From an uncultured delta proteobacterium (GTDB lineage: Bacteria; Desulfobacterota; Desulfobacteria; Desulfobacterales; QNYZ01), in contig CAWJQU010000016.1 of assembly GCA_963845145.1 (NCBI GenBank), positions 1 through 64,000 on the forward strand: a DNA stretch of 64,000 nt. The letters are read 5' to 3'. Below are positions 1 to 9,422 of this stretch, piece after piece (the first letter of the stretch is position 1; the number at the start of each line of letters is the position of its first letter). The notes below the pieces were generated by a model, which searched no databases, was not told where the DNA came from, and was given only the letters and a program-made list of their open reading frames with translations. Position numbers and translations under genes: made by a program.

Positions 1-40
1 AAAGCCCGACAGTCTCTGAATCGAAAGCTAAGTCTATGCA

Positions 41-56
41 CCACAATATATTGTGG
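41..56. promoter_or_regulatory. Perfect 16-bp palindrome CCACAATATATTGTGG, NrdR-box-like operator
   Basis: Palindrome seen directly; resembles the NrdR consensus CACwATATATwGTG; no target gene in the window. Confidence 0.4.
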
Positions 57-512
57 CCAGGCGTAATTTCGGATAGGTGGTGATTTCACAGCATCCGATG
101 AATATATCACATAATTCTTTCGGATTGAGGTATATTGAGACAATCGTGCCCTCCATCCCTTCGAAAATACTGCCAGAAATCTAATATTCCAGCAAGATAA
201 AATGTGGTGATACTATCAAATCATTGGGAGTATGCTGATTTGTGATACCATTTTACGTTAAGGTCGCCCAAATACAATTCTATTCTCTTATCAAAGGTTT
301 CCGAAAAGCTGTGGTCTATAAAATATCATAGGCTTACCTTGGGCACCCTGCCCAAAACATCAACCCTTTAACTGTGATGATTACGACTTAGCAGAAGAAA
401 GACCGGCTTCAGTGATATAACCCCCGCGAAAAGTTTGGTAGTGTTTAGACCAAAGGCAACACAGGTTTCTATTAAATGACAACTTTCTTTGTATTCATTT
501 TAAGCTGACGAT

Positions 513-1670
513 TTAAGGATTGCGAACTTCCTGTTCCAATGCCTGTTGGATGAAGGTCTGGTCGGTGAGGGAGTGCAAGAACGCGATGAGTTGCTCTCTT
601 TTCCAATGGCGAAAGTTCAAATCCGGTCATAAGTGGGTCAGTGTTAGAATTTAGGTGCATGCTATAAGGTTTGGCACGGGATCGGCCACCGGCTGCATAA
701 TGGCCCAAGACTTCGTCCAAGCTGGCAATGCTGCCGTCGTGCATATACGGTGCTGTCAGGGCGATATTACGAAGGGTGGGGGCTCGGAATTTACCCATAT
801 CACTGCGGCGGCCGGTATGGCGGTGTAAGCCGGTGTTTGGCCTCGGATACGCACCGGTTCCGTCCTCGTTGTATAGCGCAGTGTTATGAAAGCGGGCCTC
901 GGGCAATTCAGATCCAGCATACTTAACTGGCCCCGATAAATTGAATCCGGCATGACAGCGAAAACAATTCAAACGCCTGGAGAAAAACAACTGGGCGCCT
1001 GCACGCTGTTCCTTGTCTAATGCATCCGGCTCTGCACCATAAGCCCAGCGGTCATATGGCGAGTTTCCTGAAATCAAGGTTCGCTCATAAGACGCCAAAG
1101 CATAGATCACATTGCGCATTGTCACCGGAGACTTTTGATCCGGAAACGCGCCGTGGAAAAGCCGCCGCATGCGACGATCTTTCTTTAAGCGGCTCAAAAT
1201 CTCTGCTTCGTGACCCGCTGCTCCCATCTCCGGTGGTTGCGTATTATGCAGCGGAACAAGCATCTGATCTTCGAGGCGCGTAAGAGTGGGGTCGTCCCAT
1301 CCCAAAGTTGCATTGTAGGCCACGTTGGTCAGGGACATTGCTGAGCGGGGATGGATATTGCCCTGAATACCCACCGCCCGGCTTCTACCATCGGTAAAGG
1401 CCAAACCTGGCTGATGGCAGGAGGCACAGGCAACGCTGCCATCACCCGATAATTGGACATCGTAGAACAATAAACGGCCAAGTTCGACTTTATTCCACGT
1501 CATGGGGTTATCGGCTGGTACTACGGGGATCGGAAAACCATCCGGTACCTGCCAGACATATTCACCCTGCCGGTCAGAATTCGACGCATTGTCTAATTTA
1601 ACCCGTAACCGCAGCCCAATGCTGAAAGTATAATGGCTGCAACGACAGACAAGACGCATTTGATCACCAT
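513..1670 (-). CDS. MbnH-like di-heme cytochrome c peroxidase-family lipoprotein with two apparent frameshifts (ORF track shows the central part within 472..1752)
   Basis: Two CxxCH motifs (CASCH, CFRCH), PADNPMT..KVELGRLLFYD, FRAPTLRNIALTAPYMHDGS. Lipoprotein signal MVIKCVLSVVAAIILSALG-C starts at ATG 1670 in another frame; conserved tail LIAFLHSLTD...RNP* ends at 513 in another frame. Confidence 0.8.
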
Positions 1671-2161
1671 TTATTGGCCAATCCGGCGAGGCCTTCCGGC
1701 TCCTCGCCTGAAGCAATGGCTGCCTGCAGTGCATTTGCAAGACCACGATCAAGCCGGTTCAGTTTACTGTGATCCTCTAGCGCCTTAGCCTCATTGCCCA
1801 TCAAGGCATGCAATACACCGCGATACATATAGGCCTCAGCCAAGTTCGATTTAAGCTCAATGGCACGATTATAGTGACTCAGCGCCTGCTTGTAGTTCTG
1901 GGGGCCCTGCTTGCGCAACGAGTATCCTAGATTGTTGTGCGCTTCGGCCAGATTGGGGTCCTTTTTCAAGGCAGCCTCGAATTTTTTTGCCGCCTTTTCG
2001 TATTTGCTTTGCTTCATCAATTTTACGCCGGAATTATACTGAGAGATGCCGGGGCGCGTGTCCTGGGCTGGCTTCGAACTGCTGCCCGCAGCCAAGGCTT
2101 CAGTTCCTAAAAATAACAAGGCCGTACATACGGATAAAAGCCCTATTAGCATTTTTTTCAT
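1664..2161 (-). CDS. Secreted tetratricopeptide-repeat protein
   Basis: Sec signal ending ALA; TPR motifs AEAHNNLGYSL and AEAYMYRGVL. Confidence 0.85.
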   Translation of the reverse strand: MKKMLIGLLSVCTALLFLGTEALAAGSSSKPAQDTRPGISQYNSGVKLMKQSKYEKAAKKFEAALKKDPNLAEAHNNLGYSLRKQGPQNYKQALSHYNRAIELKSNLAEAYMYRGVLHALMGNEAKALEDHSKLNRLDRGLANALQAAIASGEEPEGLAGLANKW

Positions 2162-2787
2162 GATATTTTTCTCCCTTGATTAGATGCGCGTATTATATTT
2201 TATGGATAGTTACTGTTCAGCTAAGCGAGTACCCAAACATATATAATAATAAATAGCCCGAGGCAGTTTTCAAGGGATGACGAATTTAATCTGATTGCAG
2301 ATACGGAAAGAGAATGTCATGAAAGTTAGAAGTTAGGTTGATCCATTCCTGCAATAATTTGCCTGCATGTGGAAATAAGGCTGAAGCACCGCTACATCTT
2401 GTGGTTAAACGAATTTTTAGGTAGATAGAGATTGCACAACAGGAAATGAATATATCTGATAAATCGGTGGCGTGGAGATGTATTGAGAACATACCTACCT
2501 TGTAAACATCTAAAAACGTAACAAAATTTTAATAACCCGGCAAGAAATAAATCTGTGATATTTTCAATTTGGCCTGAAATTTAAGACCGGTGATACTAAT
2601 GCCCAATCTTGGTTTATACCTTTACTGAGATTTATTGAGAAAATTTTAGGTTTGAGCCAACCACAGATATCAAATTTTACAACCTTTTCACCACGACAAT
2701 TTTTCCTGATTTGTTGGAGCTGATCCAAAGATTGTCCTTCATTCTGATACACCCACAAAAGGAATCGATCGAACTTGCTTATTGCTG

Positions 2788-3306
2788 TTAGTAATGCCAG
2801 ATCAGTGATATAGGGGATAACGCTGCCGCCGCCTCAAACTCTTCTGTAAAGCTGCTGTACAGTTGGCCGTACCTTCGGGCGCCCGCAGGGTCGATTAACC
2901 TGATGAATGTCTGGACCTCTCTTCCTGGAGGTTCTGAAATCCCATGCATGATCCTTGCGTGGAAGTTAGTGGAATTGCCGGTTATCACGACTAAAGGGCC
3001 GTAGCGTTGCAATCTTGATAACCAACCTGAGATTGGAAAGCACGACAGCAGACGTTCGGTACGCATCCCACATGCTTGGGCAAAGGATTCGGCCCGGCTC
3101 GGTGCAAGTCCCTGGCCCCTCGCAAGCATTGTTGACCATGGTGTGCCTAACGAGTTAATAGTTTCAGTTACAGAGCGCGCAGTTCGCTGACGCCAGTTAA
3201 TCATCATTGCACCGGCTATAGCCCAGCACACTCCCAATGATCCCCGAGGGGTTGGATGGGTTAATAATGGGATTGTGCCAGGAACGAGGTAGTTTATCTT
3301 TCTCAT
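2788..3306 (-). CDS. Papain-like cysteine protease (AvrRpt2/peptidase C70-like)
   Basis: CWAIAGAMMINW (Cys), YGPLVV...FHARI (His), LIDP (Asp); no signal peptide. Confidence 0.7.
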   Translation of the reverse strand: MRKINYLVPGTIPLLTHPTPRGSLGVCWAIAGAMMINWRQRTARSVTETINSLGTPWSTMLARGQGLAPSRAESFAQACGMRTERLLSCFPISGWLSRLQRYGPLVVITGNSTNFHARIMHGISEPPGREVQTFIRLIDPAGARRYGQLYSSFTEEFEAAAALSPISLIWHY

Positions 3307-3586
3307 AACTGATGGTTCCTTTGTGTGAACATGACACCGTTAATTACAATTTCCAATGCGCTTACCTTTTATCACGATTCTGATGTTCATATCTCCGCTT
3401 CAGGCCCCAGGGTAAAGGGTAATTTGAGTGGCACTCGCAAAGGTTTCCCCCGCTAGGCACTATACCGGCAATTTCATTTTGCATACCTTGAATTCCAGAT
3501 TTTTTATATAAGCCAGTGTAGCCTGAGTAATCATTGATGTGGCTGTCGTACCCTGCCCTTTAACCGACAAAAAAAGCGAATAATTA

Positions 3587-4222
3587 TCACCGCCTGCGGG
3601 GGGCCAGATCGCGATGGGTTCGCTCGCGCCGAAGCCCATAATAACCATCTGCATCTCTACGCCATGCGCTGTGGTCCTCAACATCTATGTAATCGGCGTC
3701 GGAAATTTCATATTGGGCTCCTGGAGCAAAACTACTGAATCCTGCACGAGGGGTGTACAAGTTTTGAGCTGGGTAGTATTCAATGGGGTTCGGGCAAGCT
3801 TTGACACAAACCCCGGCATCATTGGCCAAGCCCCTTACAACTCCATTCAAAGAAGCCCCAGCTGCACTGCATACATTCAATTCTATGCAGGCACCAGGCG
3901 CCAAACTCCCGGTATTGATCCAGCAGTGGCGTAATCCTCGGAAATGTTGAGTATGGGCTGCTATGAACCGAGTAGCTCCTAATTGAATGAAAGAATGCCG
4001 CGCATCGCCATGTCCAATAATGTGAAGTTTTGAAAGTCGATATGAAGATCCTATTGGAAAATGGCGCGTAATGCTCCTGATGGCGTCTTCAAGTCTTTGA
4101 GTTGTACTTAAAGGCTTGAATATTTTTTGTCCCCACGAGCCAGGTATCCTTGTAGCTTGCTGTCTCGCCGCTGTCGCAAGCCTAACATCGTTTTGGGCTA
4201 TCAGTATTATCACAATGTCCAT
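3587..4222 (-). CDS. DUF4347-like protein (caspase/CHAT-like His-Gly...Cys pattern)
   Basis: LHIIGHG and IELNVCSAA...LANDAGVCVKA pattern; GGGGG upstream of ATG. Confidence 0.55.
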   Translation of the reverse strand: MDIVIILIAQNDVRLATAARQQATRIPGSWGQKIFKPLSTTQRLEDAIRSITRHFPIGSSYRLSKLHIIGHGDARHSFIQLGATRFIAAHTQHFRGLRHCWINTGSLAPGACIELNVCSAAGASLNGVVRGLANDAGVCVKACPNPIEYYPAQNLYTPRAGFSSFAPGAQYEISDADYIDVEDHSAWRRDADGYYGLRRERTHRDLAPRRR

Positions 4223-4678
4223 ATACGCCCCCCATTCCTGAGTTAAGAATTAATTCCATTTTTTCTGGAAACAGTTGAAATGGATTTCAGTTTTTTTGAT
4301 AGTATTAAGGGTGCCACGAACATTCGTGTAAGAATGCACGTTAATGATTATAAGCATCCGAATATATGTGGTGTCCAGCTTCCAGTAGCTGGCTTAAAAT
4401 TATAAAAAATGGTGATTGAGATTATCCTACTTATACTAAAATTACAGATACCATAGGCAAGAGTCCGAATCAAACATGCCTTACGCTCATTTGCGATTAA
4501 AGGCGTTAAATATTTTTCCGAATGGTTTGGCGACTTTTTAATGATGTTTTAAGGGGTGGTATTTTATAAATGATAAAGGTAGTCCAAGATCAATTTGCCG
4601 ATCCCGCCTTAAAATGCTAATAAATCAAGTTGACTGCGGGATCGAATCTTTCCATCTTGTGAAAAAGGAGGAATCATC

Positions 4679-5485
4679 GTGTATACCTACCTTCGACAAG
4701 GTTACAGGCTCCCAACTGTAGGCGTCCTTCAAGTACTTCTCAACCGTGGAATCACCGGAAAAAAATTGGCTAAGGATGGCCAGTTTGGGCCAAATACCAA
4801 GACGGCGGTCCGCGGTTTTCAACGGCCGCGAGGTTTGAAGCCTGATGGGATTGTTGGCATAAAAACATGGCCACGAATAATTAGTGGTACTGGCTTCAGA
4901 ATCCTCGATGCTGTGGATATCACTGACCCAGAGATTCAGAAAACCGCGGGTGCGTCTATCCGCAGAGCCGGTGGGAAACCGACGCTTATCGGCTATATGA
5001 GTAACGGTATCGAACATCTTATCCGCGAGCTTGCCGGTCGATTGAGCCTGGCGGGCGAAGTTGTTCTGTTGCGCTTCCAAGGGCATGGAGCTTCAGGAAA
5101 TATGGGAATTTCTGATGGAGAGGGATATATTAGAATGGGAGGGCGGGATGTTTTTTTAGAGGACGATGATATGTCCGCGCTTACATCTGGCACCATCGCA
5201 AAATTCAGACCCCAATTGAGGATGCTGGCTCCCTATTTCGGATCTTACAGCAGCGTCGAACTCCACGGTTGTGAGGTAGCTAAGGGGCCAAATGGCCGAC
5301 AGTTGGTACAGCAGCTTGCAAATATTTGGAACGTACCGGTCTCAGCTGCTGTTAAAACTCAGCTCGTCGGTGGTGTATCTACTTTTCGATTTGAAGGCCG
5401 CACATATACAGCATGTCCTGGAGGTATCTCTCTAAAACAATGGACTAAAAAATTGTCTGATATGCCAGGAGTCACAGTCCGTTAG
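4679..5485 (+). CDS. Peptidoglycan-binding domain plus DUF4347-like domain protein
   Basis: DGQFGPNTKTAVRGFQ..GLKPDGIVG (PG_binding_1); RFQGHG and VELHGCEVA..G..LVQQLANIWNVPVSAA; RBS AGGAGG before GTG. Confidence 0.75.
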   Translation: MYTYLRQGYRLPTVGVLQVLLNRGITGKKLAKDGQFGPNTKTAVRGFQRPRGLKPDGIVGIKTWPRIISGTGFRILDAVDITDPEIQKTAGASIRRAGGKPTLIGYMSNGIEHLIRELAGRLSLAGEVVLLRFQGHGASGNMGISDGEGYIRMGGRDVFLEDDDMSALTSGTIAKFRPQLRMLAPYFGSYSSVELHGCEVAKGPNGRQLVQQLANIWNVPVSAAVKTQLVGGVSTFRFEGRTYTACPGGISLKQWTKKLSDMPGVTVR

Positions 5486-5579
5486 TAAAGGCTAAAAAAG
5501 GCAATATCGCCGAAACGTCGCTTTTATTCTCTGCACAAAAATTCAAAACAATACTATTGCCGGACCTGGGAAACAAACC

Positions 5580-5716
5580 GGCCGTCATTATTTCGCAACG
5601 GCCTTATTAACGGACGGAACCGACTTGAAAACCGTTTCGACCGCAATCGGACACAAAACGCGGCAACCACTCTGAAAATTTATGCCCACACAAAAAGCGG
5701 TAAAATAGTTAATTGA
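5580..5716 (+). pseudogene. C-terminal remnant of a tyrosine recombinase/integrase
   Basis: Manual translation GRHYFATALLTDGTDLKTVSTAIGHK /frameshift/ NAATTLKIYAHTKSGKIVN*, matching box II R-H...GH...TT..Y. Confidence 0.8.
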
Positions 5717-5744
5717 AACAATAAGTTAAATAAAGGAGCAAACC

Positions 5745-5789
5745 TTCGCAACGCTGAGGCCGAGGGTTCGAATCCCTTCATCCCCACCA
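5745..5789 (+). mobile_element. 3' half of tRNA-Ala(CGC), a probable att site of a genomic island
   Basis: TTCGCAA anticodon loop, T-arm GAGGG-TTCGAAT-CCCTT, 3' end CATCCCCACCA; no D-arm or 5' acceptor strand; 29 bp after the integrase remnant. Confidence 0.75.
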
Positions 5790-6076
5790 ATCAATGACGC
5801 CGTTGGCGGATCAACATTTTTCAAGGTTCGGTGGAAATTTCAAAACCATCTTTCGGTTGAGTTTATAGCCTGTCCCTACTACAAGCCTCAGGTATCAGCC
5901 ATCTCGACATTATTCCTCCCAGGCGGAGCCAGATGATCGGCATTTTATTCAAGTCAATGTGATGAAAATAACTTGATTTCAGTTGTTAATTGCTCTAAGT
6001 TTAGAACGTATTGATCAGTCAAGGTTTGATCGGTATCCTACCAATTGACACTGCTTTCCATTCACAGGGGGTAAAG

Positions 6077-7381
6077 ATGAGGAGAAACGCGGCAACAATT
6101 CTGGGCATCTTCTTATTCATAGGGATTTTCTTTTCTGGTTCGGTGTTGGCTGGACAGGTCGTCACCCAGGAGTTGAGTCAGTGGGCCAGTCAAGCCATTG
6201 CCAATGAACGGACGCTTCAGGGTGTTCTGCCAACCAGATCCGTAGCGGTTCTTTATTTCCAAAATTTAACTGGAGATGTGTCTTTGAGTCCCCTGCAAAA
6301 GGGATTGTCGGTCATGTTGACGACGGACCTCGCCAAGGTAAAAGATCTCCAGGTGGTGGAAAGGGCTCGACTGCAGGCCATTTTAGAAGAGATTGAATTG
6401 GGGACGACCGGTCTGGTTGATGGTGAAACAGCCGCGAGGGTTGGTCAGTTGGTTGGGGCACGGTTCTTATCTGGTGGCGATATCCTCAAAGGGAGTGTTG
6501 CGCAATTGCGGATCGATCCAAATTTATTGAACGTTTCGGATCAAATAATGGTTAACCAGGCGGCGGCAGAAGGGAATCTAAATGACTTGATTGCCATTGA
6601 AAAAGAGATCCTCTTTGAAATCATCCATACCATGGACATTGTGCTGACCCCCGACCAAAAAGCCGAATTGGAAAAACCGATCTCCACTAGTATCCCCGCC
6701 TTGATGTTGTTGTTTAAAGGAATTGATGCCAGCGATCACGGGCAATATGCAAAGGCTGCCGATCTATATGAGCAAGCCCTTGTGAAAGACCCCAATCTGA
6801 CCCCAGCCAAGGATGCGTTAAGCGAAATAAATGCGTTGGACCTTGCTTCCCAAAGCGCCAAAACGGCGCCGGGTAAGGAGGCCGCCCCTGAGATTGCGTC
6901 CGCACCGAAAAAGTCGGGTGGATTGTTGAAATATGCCGTTGTGGGCCTCGGAGTAGCGGCTGCCGGTGCTGGCGGATACTATCTTGCTACTGCAGACGAT
7001 GATGATGATGATGAAGATGATGAGGAGGAAGTACTACCTCCAGCTGATACGATTCGGCCGACGGTTACACGAACCAATCCCCGGCCGGGAAATATGATTA
7101 GCTGTTCTGGCGGCAATATTGAATTTCATTTCTCCGAAGCGATGTACCCTTCAGTGGGTGCTGCCTCAGCGGATGATAGTGGATGGGTGATTTCCAGTAC
7201 GGAGTGGACAGATGGAAATCAAACGCTTGTTTTGTATTGGGATAACAGTGAATCCAATAGCGCTTGTGACTCATATTCACATGGTTCCTCGGTAACTTTT
7301 ACCCTTTCAGGGTATACGGATATAGCAGGCAATGCGTTAGATGGTGAAACTCGGTTTACCTATATTCGAGAAGTATATTAG
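6077..7381 (+). CDS. CsgG/TolB-N-like domain + TPR + Gly-rich hydrophobic helix + Ig-like (Big_5-type) domain protein
   Basis: Signal peptide from ATG 6077; VAVLYFQN, VVERARLQAILEEIELG..TAARVGQLVGA; one TPR; VVGLGVAAAGAGGYY; acidic run; PTVTRTNP...FHFSEAM...TDIAGNAL. Confidence 0.75.
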   Translation: MRRNAATILGIFLFIGIFFSGSVLAGQVVTQELSQWASQAIANERTLQGVLPTRSVAVLYFQNLTGDVSLSPLQKGLSVMLTTDLAKVKDLQVVERARLQAILEEIELGTTGLVDGETAARVGQLVGARFLSGGDILKGSVAQLRIDPNLLNVSDQIMVNQAAAEGNLNDLIAIEKEILFEIIHTMDIVLTPDQKAELEKPISTSIPALMLLFKGIDASDHGQYAKAADLYEQALVKDPNLTPAKDALSEINALDLASQSAKTAPGKEAAPEIASAPKKSGGLLKYAVVGLGVAAAGAGGYYLATADDDDDDEDDEEEVLPPADTIRPTVTRTNPRPGNMISCSGGNIEFHFSEAMYPSVGAASADDSGWVISSTEWTDGNQTLVLYWDNSESNSACDSYSHGSSVTFTLSGYTDIAGNALDGETRFTYIREVY

Positions 7382-7523
7382 GAGGTTGTACTGATATATA
7401 TACGGTTATTAACCGTAAAGGTTTAAACCCAAAAGACGATATTTTTTCTCTTCTCATTTGTGTTGTCCTGATCTGACAAAAGTGGGTGTTAATATGGCCT
7501 CCAAACAAAAATAGGAGACCCAT

Positions 7524-7892
7524 ATGAAAGATTTTACTATTTTCGAAGATTTTCCCATTCCGAAATTGAATTGATTCGCGTTTCTCTTCCCCTGATGCCT
7601 GTTACGATTATCTGTTTGCAACAAAATGGCCTAATGGTTTCATCTGTAAAAAATGCGACAATCGCAGGTATTAGACCAGCGCAAGACGTCTTTTTATTTG
7701 TACCGCCTGCAATCACCAGCATTCATTAACGGCCGGTACGATTATGGATAGCACCAAAAAACCGATCACCTATTGGTTTAAAGCCATGTGGATGTTTACG
7801 ACCACAAAATCAGCCAAAATATAATACAACGAAATCAAATGGGACCTTGATCCAATTTCTGAATTCTTCGCACTTGAGCTTTTTGGATAACC
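7524..7892 (+). mobile_element. Degraded, internally deleted IS1595-family transposase remnant
   Basis: Manual translation DACYDYLFATKWPNGFICKKC..RY*..FICTACNHQHSLTAGTIMDSTKKPITYWFKAMWMF (IS1595 zinc ribbon); frameshifts near 7555-7572, TAG at 7672; possible right end GGATAACC at 7885-7892. Confidence 0.8.
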
Positions 7893-8039
7893 GCTTTTTT
7901 TACCACTACGTCCTATAATAAATTCCCATACAAGGGAAAATGAAAAAACTGTTTGCCCGTTTTAACAAGGGTTTATTTATTAATAACGATTAATTTACAC
8001 TAAACCGATATCAAGCCACATAAAACGAGGGGGTCTGAT

Positions 8040-9329
8040 ATGAGGAAGAGGTCATTAGGTATTTGTGGGTTCATCTTGTTTTATGCTTTCGTATCCGTTT
8101 TGCCTGTATCCGCCGGGCAAGTGGTCACCAAGGAGTTAAGCGAATGGGCCCAAGGGGCCATTGCAAATGAGCAGACACTAACCACTGAGCCGGCCGCGAA
8201 ATCGATTGCCGTCTTTTATTATCGCAACCAAACAGGCAACCCGACCTTCACCCCCCTGCAAAAGGGGATAACGGTCATGCTGATTACGGACTTGACCAAA
8301 CTCAGGAGTTTTGAAGAGCATAAAGATCTTAAAGTGGTGGAACGCGCTCGTCTTCAGGCGCTCTTAGAAGAAATCGAACTGGGCGAATCTGTTTTGGTTG
8401 AAATCAATACAGCGCCACGAATGGGCAAGCTTTTGGGGGCGCGCTACCTGGCCGGCGGTGATATTCTAAAAGGGAGTGTCACTGAGTTGAACATGGACCC
8501 CAGTATGATGGATGTCCCCGGCGATAAAATGTTCGAGCAGGCCAATGCAGAAGGTGATTTGGCCGATTTGATAGCCATTGAAAAGGCGATCTTATTTGAG
8601 ATTGTACGAAACATTGGCATAGAACTGACGGACGAACAAAAAGAAGCCCTCGAAAAACCTTTGTCCACCAGCGTCCCCGCACTAATGGCCTACTTTAAAG
8701 GTATAGAGGCCAGCGATAAAGGTGAATATGCCCAAGCTGCCAAGCAATACGCTGATGCCGCGGCCAAGGATCCGGATTTAAGCCTTGCCCAGGAGGGGAT
8801 TGATGAAATTGAAGCGTTGGACCTTCTGAAAAAGGGGGCTGAAGCCAAACCGGGTAAGTGGGGTAAAATACTTAAATGGGGGGGAATTGGTGCGGGTGTG
8901 ATCGCTGTTGGGACCGGTATGTATATATATGGTAAAAAAAAGGGTGAAGACGATGCGGATAGTGATTCCGGGCCTCCCCCAGTGGCGCCGGGAATTGTTT
9001 TAACCACTCCGGCAAATGCCGCCACGGATGTATCGAGGTCACTTTCGGATGTATATATCGGATTCTCCAAGGAAATGAAAACCGACCAGGGCCAGGTGAC
9101 ATCCTCCCATCCTGTGTTTTGGCAAAGTCCAACGACGGTTACTAAAATATGGGAAAATAACGGCCAACGGCTCAGAATTCACCGGTCGGATACGAACCTA
9201 TTGCCGGCCGGTGCCCAAATAGAGTTTAATTTAGATGGGTTCGTCGATAAGGATGGACTTGCACTGGATTCCTATTGGTTTTATTTCATCACTTTATCGG
9301 GTGAATCGGGAATATCAATTACCTGGTAG
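8040..9329 (+). CDS. Paralog of 6077..7381: CsgG/TolB-N-like + TPR + hydrophobic helix + Ig-like domain
   Basis: Shared AGQVVT.ELS.WA..AIANE, LQKG..VML.TDL.K, VVERARLQA.LEEIELG, LEKP.STS.PALM; divergent C-terminal Ig-like domain. Confidence 0.75.
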   Translation: MRKRSLGICGFILFYAFVSVLPVSAGQVVTKELSEWAQGAIANEQTLTTEPAAKSIAVFYYRNQTGNPTFTPLQKGITVMLITDLTKLRSFEEHKDLKVVERARLQALLEEIELGESVLVEINTAPRMGKLLGARYLAGGDILKGSVTELNMDPSMMDVPGDKMFEQANAEGDLADLIAIEKAILFEIVRNIGIELTDEQKEALEKPLSTSVPALMAYFKGIEASDKGEYAQAAKQYADAAAKDPDLSLAQEGIDEIEALDLLKKGAEAKPGKWGKILKWGGIGAGVIAVGTGMYIYGKKKGEDDADSDSGPPPVAPGIVLTTPANAATDVSRSLSDVYIGFSKEMKTDQGQVTSSHPVFWQSPTTVTKIWENNGQRLRIHRSDTNLLPAGAQIEFNLDGFVDKDGLALDSYWFYFITLSGESGISITW

Positions 9330-9422
9330 CGTGATGCCGTTTATAAATTAACCCATTGATATCAGAGCAAGCCAACTTAAAGAGGAGATTAAACGCACGC
9401 AAACCGGTCATCTCCCAGGAGT

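Noticed and set aside
472..1752. Methanobactin biosynthesis cluster
   Set aside because: Only an MbnH-like gene; no mbnA, B, C, P or T recognisable in the window
2286..2758. Two short minus-strand ORFs (68 and 64 aa) as possible immunity genes for the papain-like protease
   Set aside because: AT-rich, no motifs, weak coding evidence; cannot be supported
4625..5086. 153-aa minus-strand ORF
   Set aside because: Antisense shadow of the PG-binding/DUF4347-like gene
5745..5789. Functional tRNA-Ala
   Set aside because: No 5' acceptor strand or D-arm upstream; only the 3' half is present
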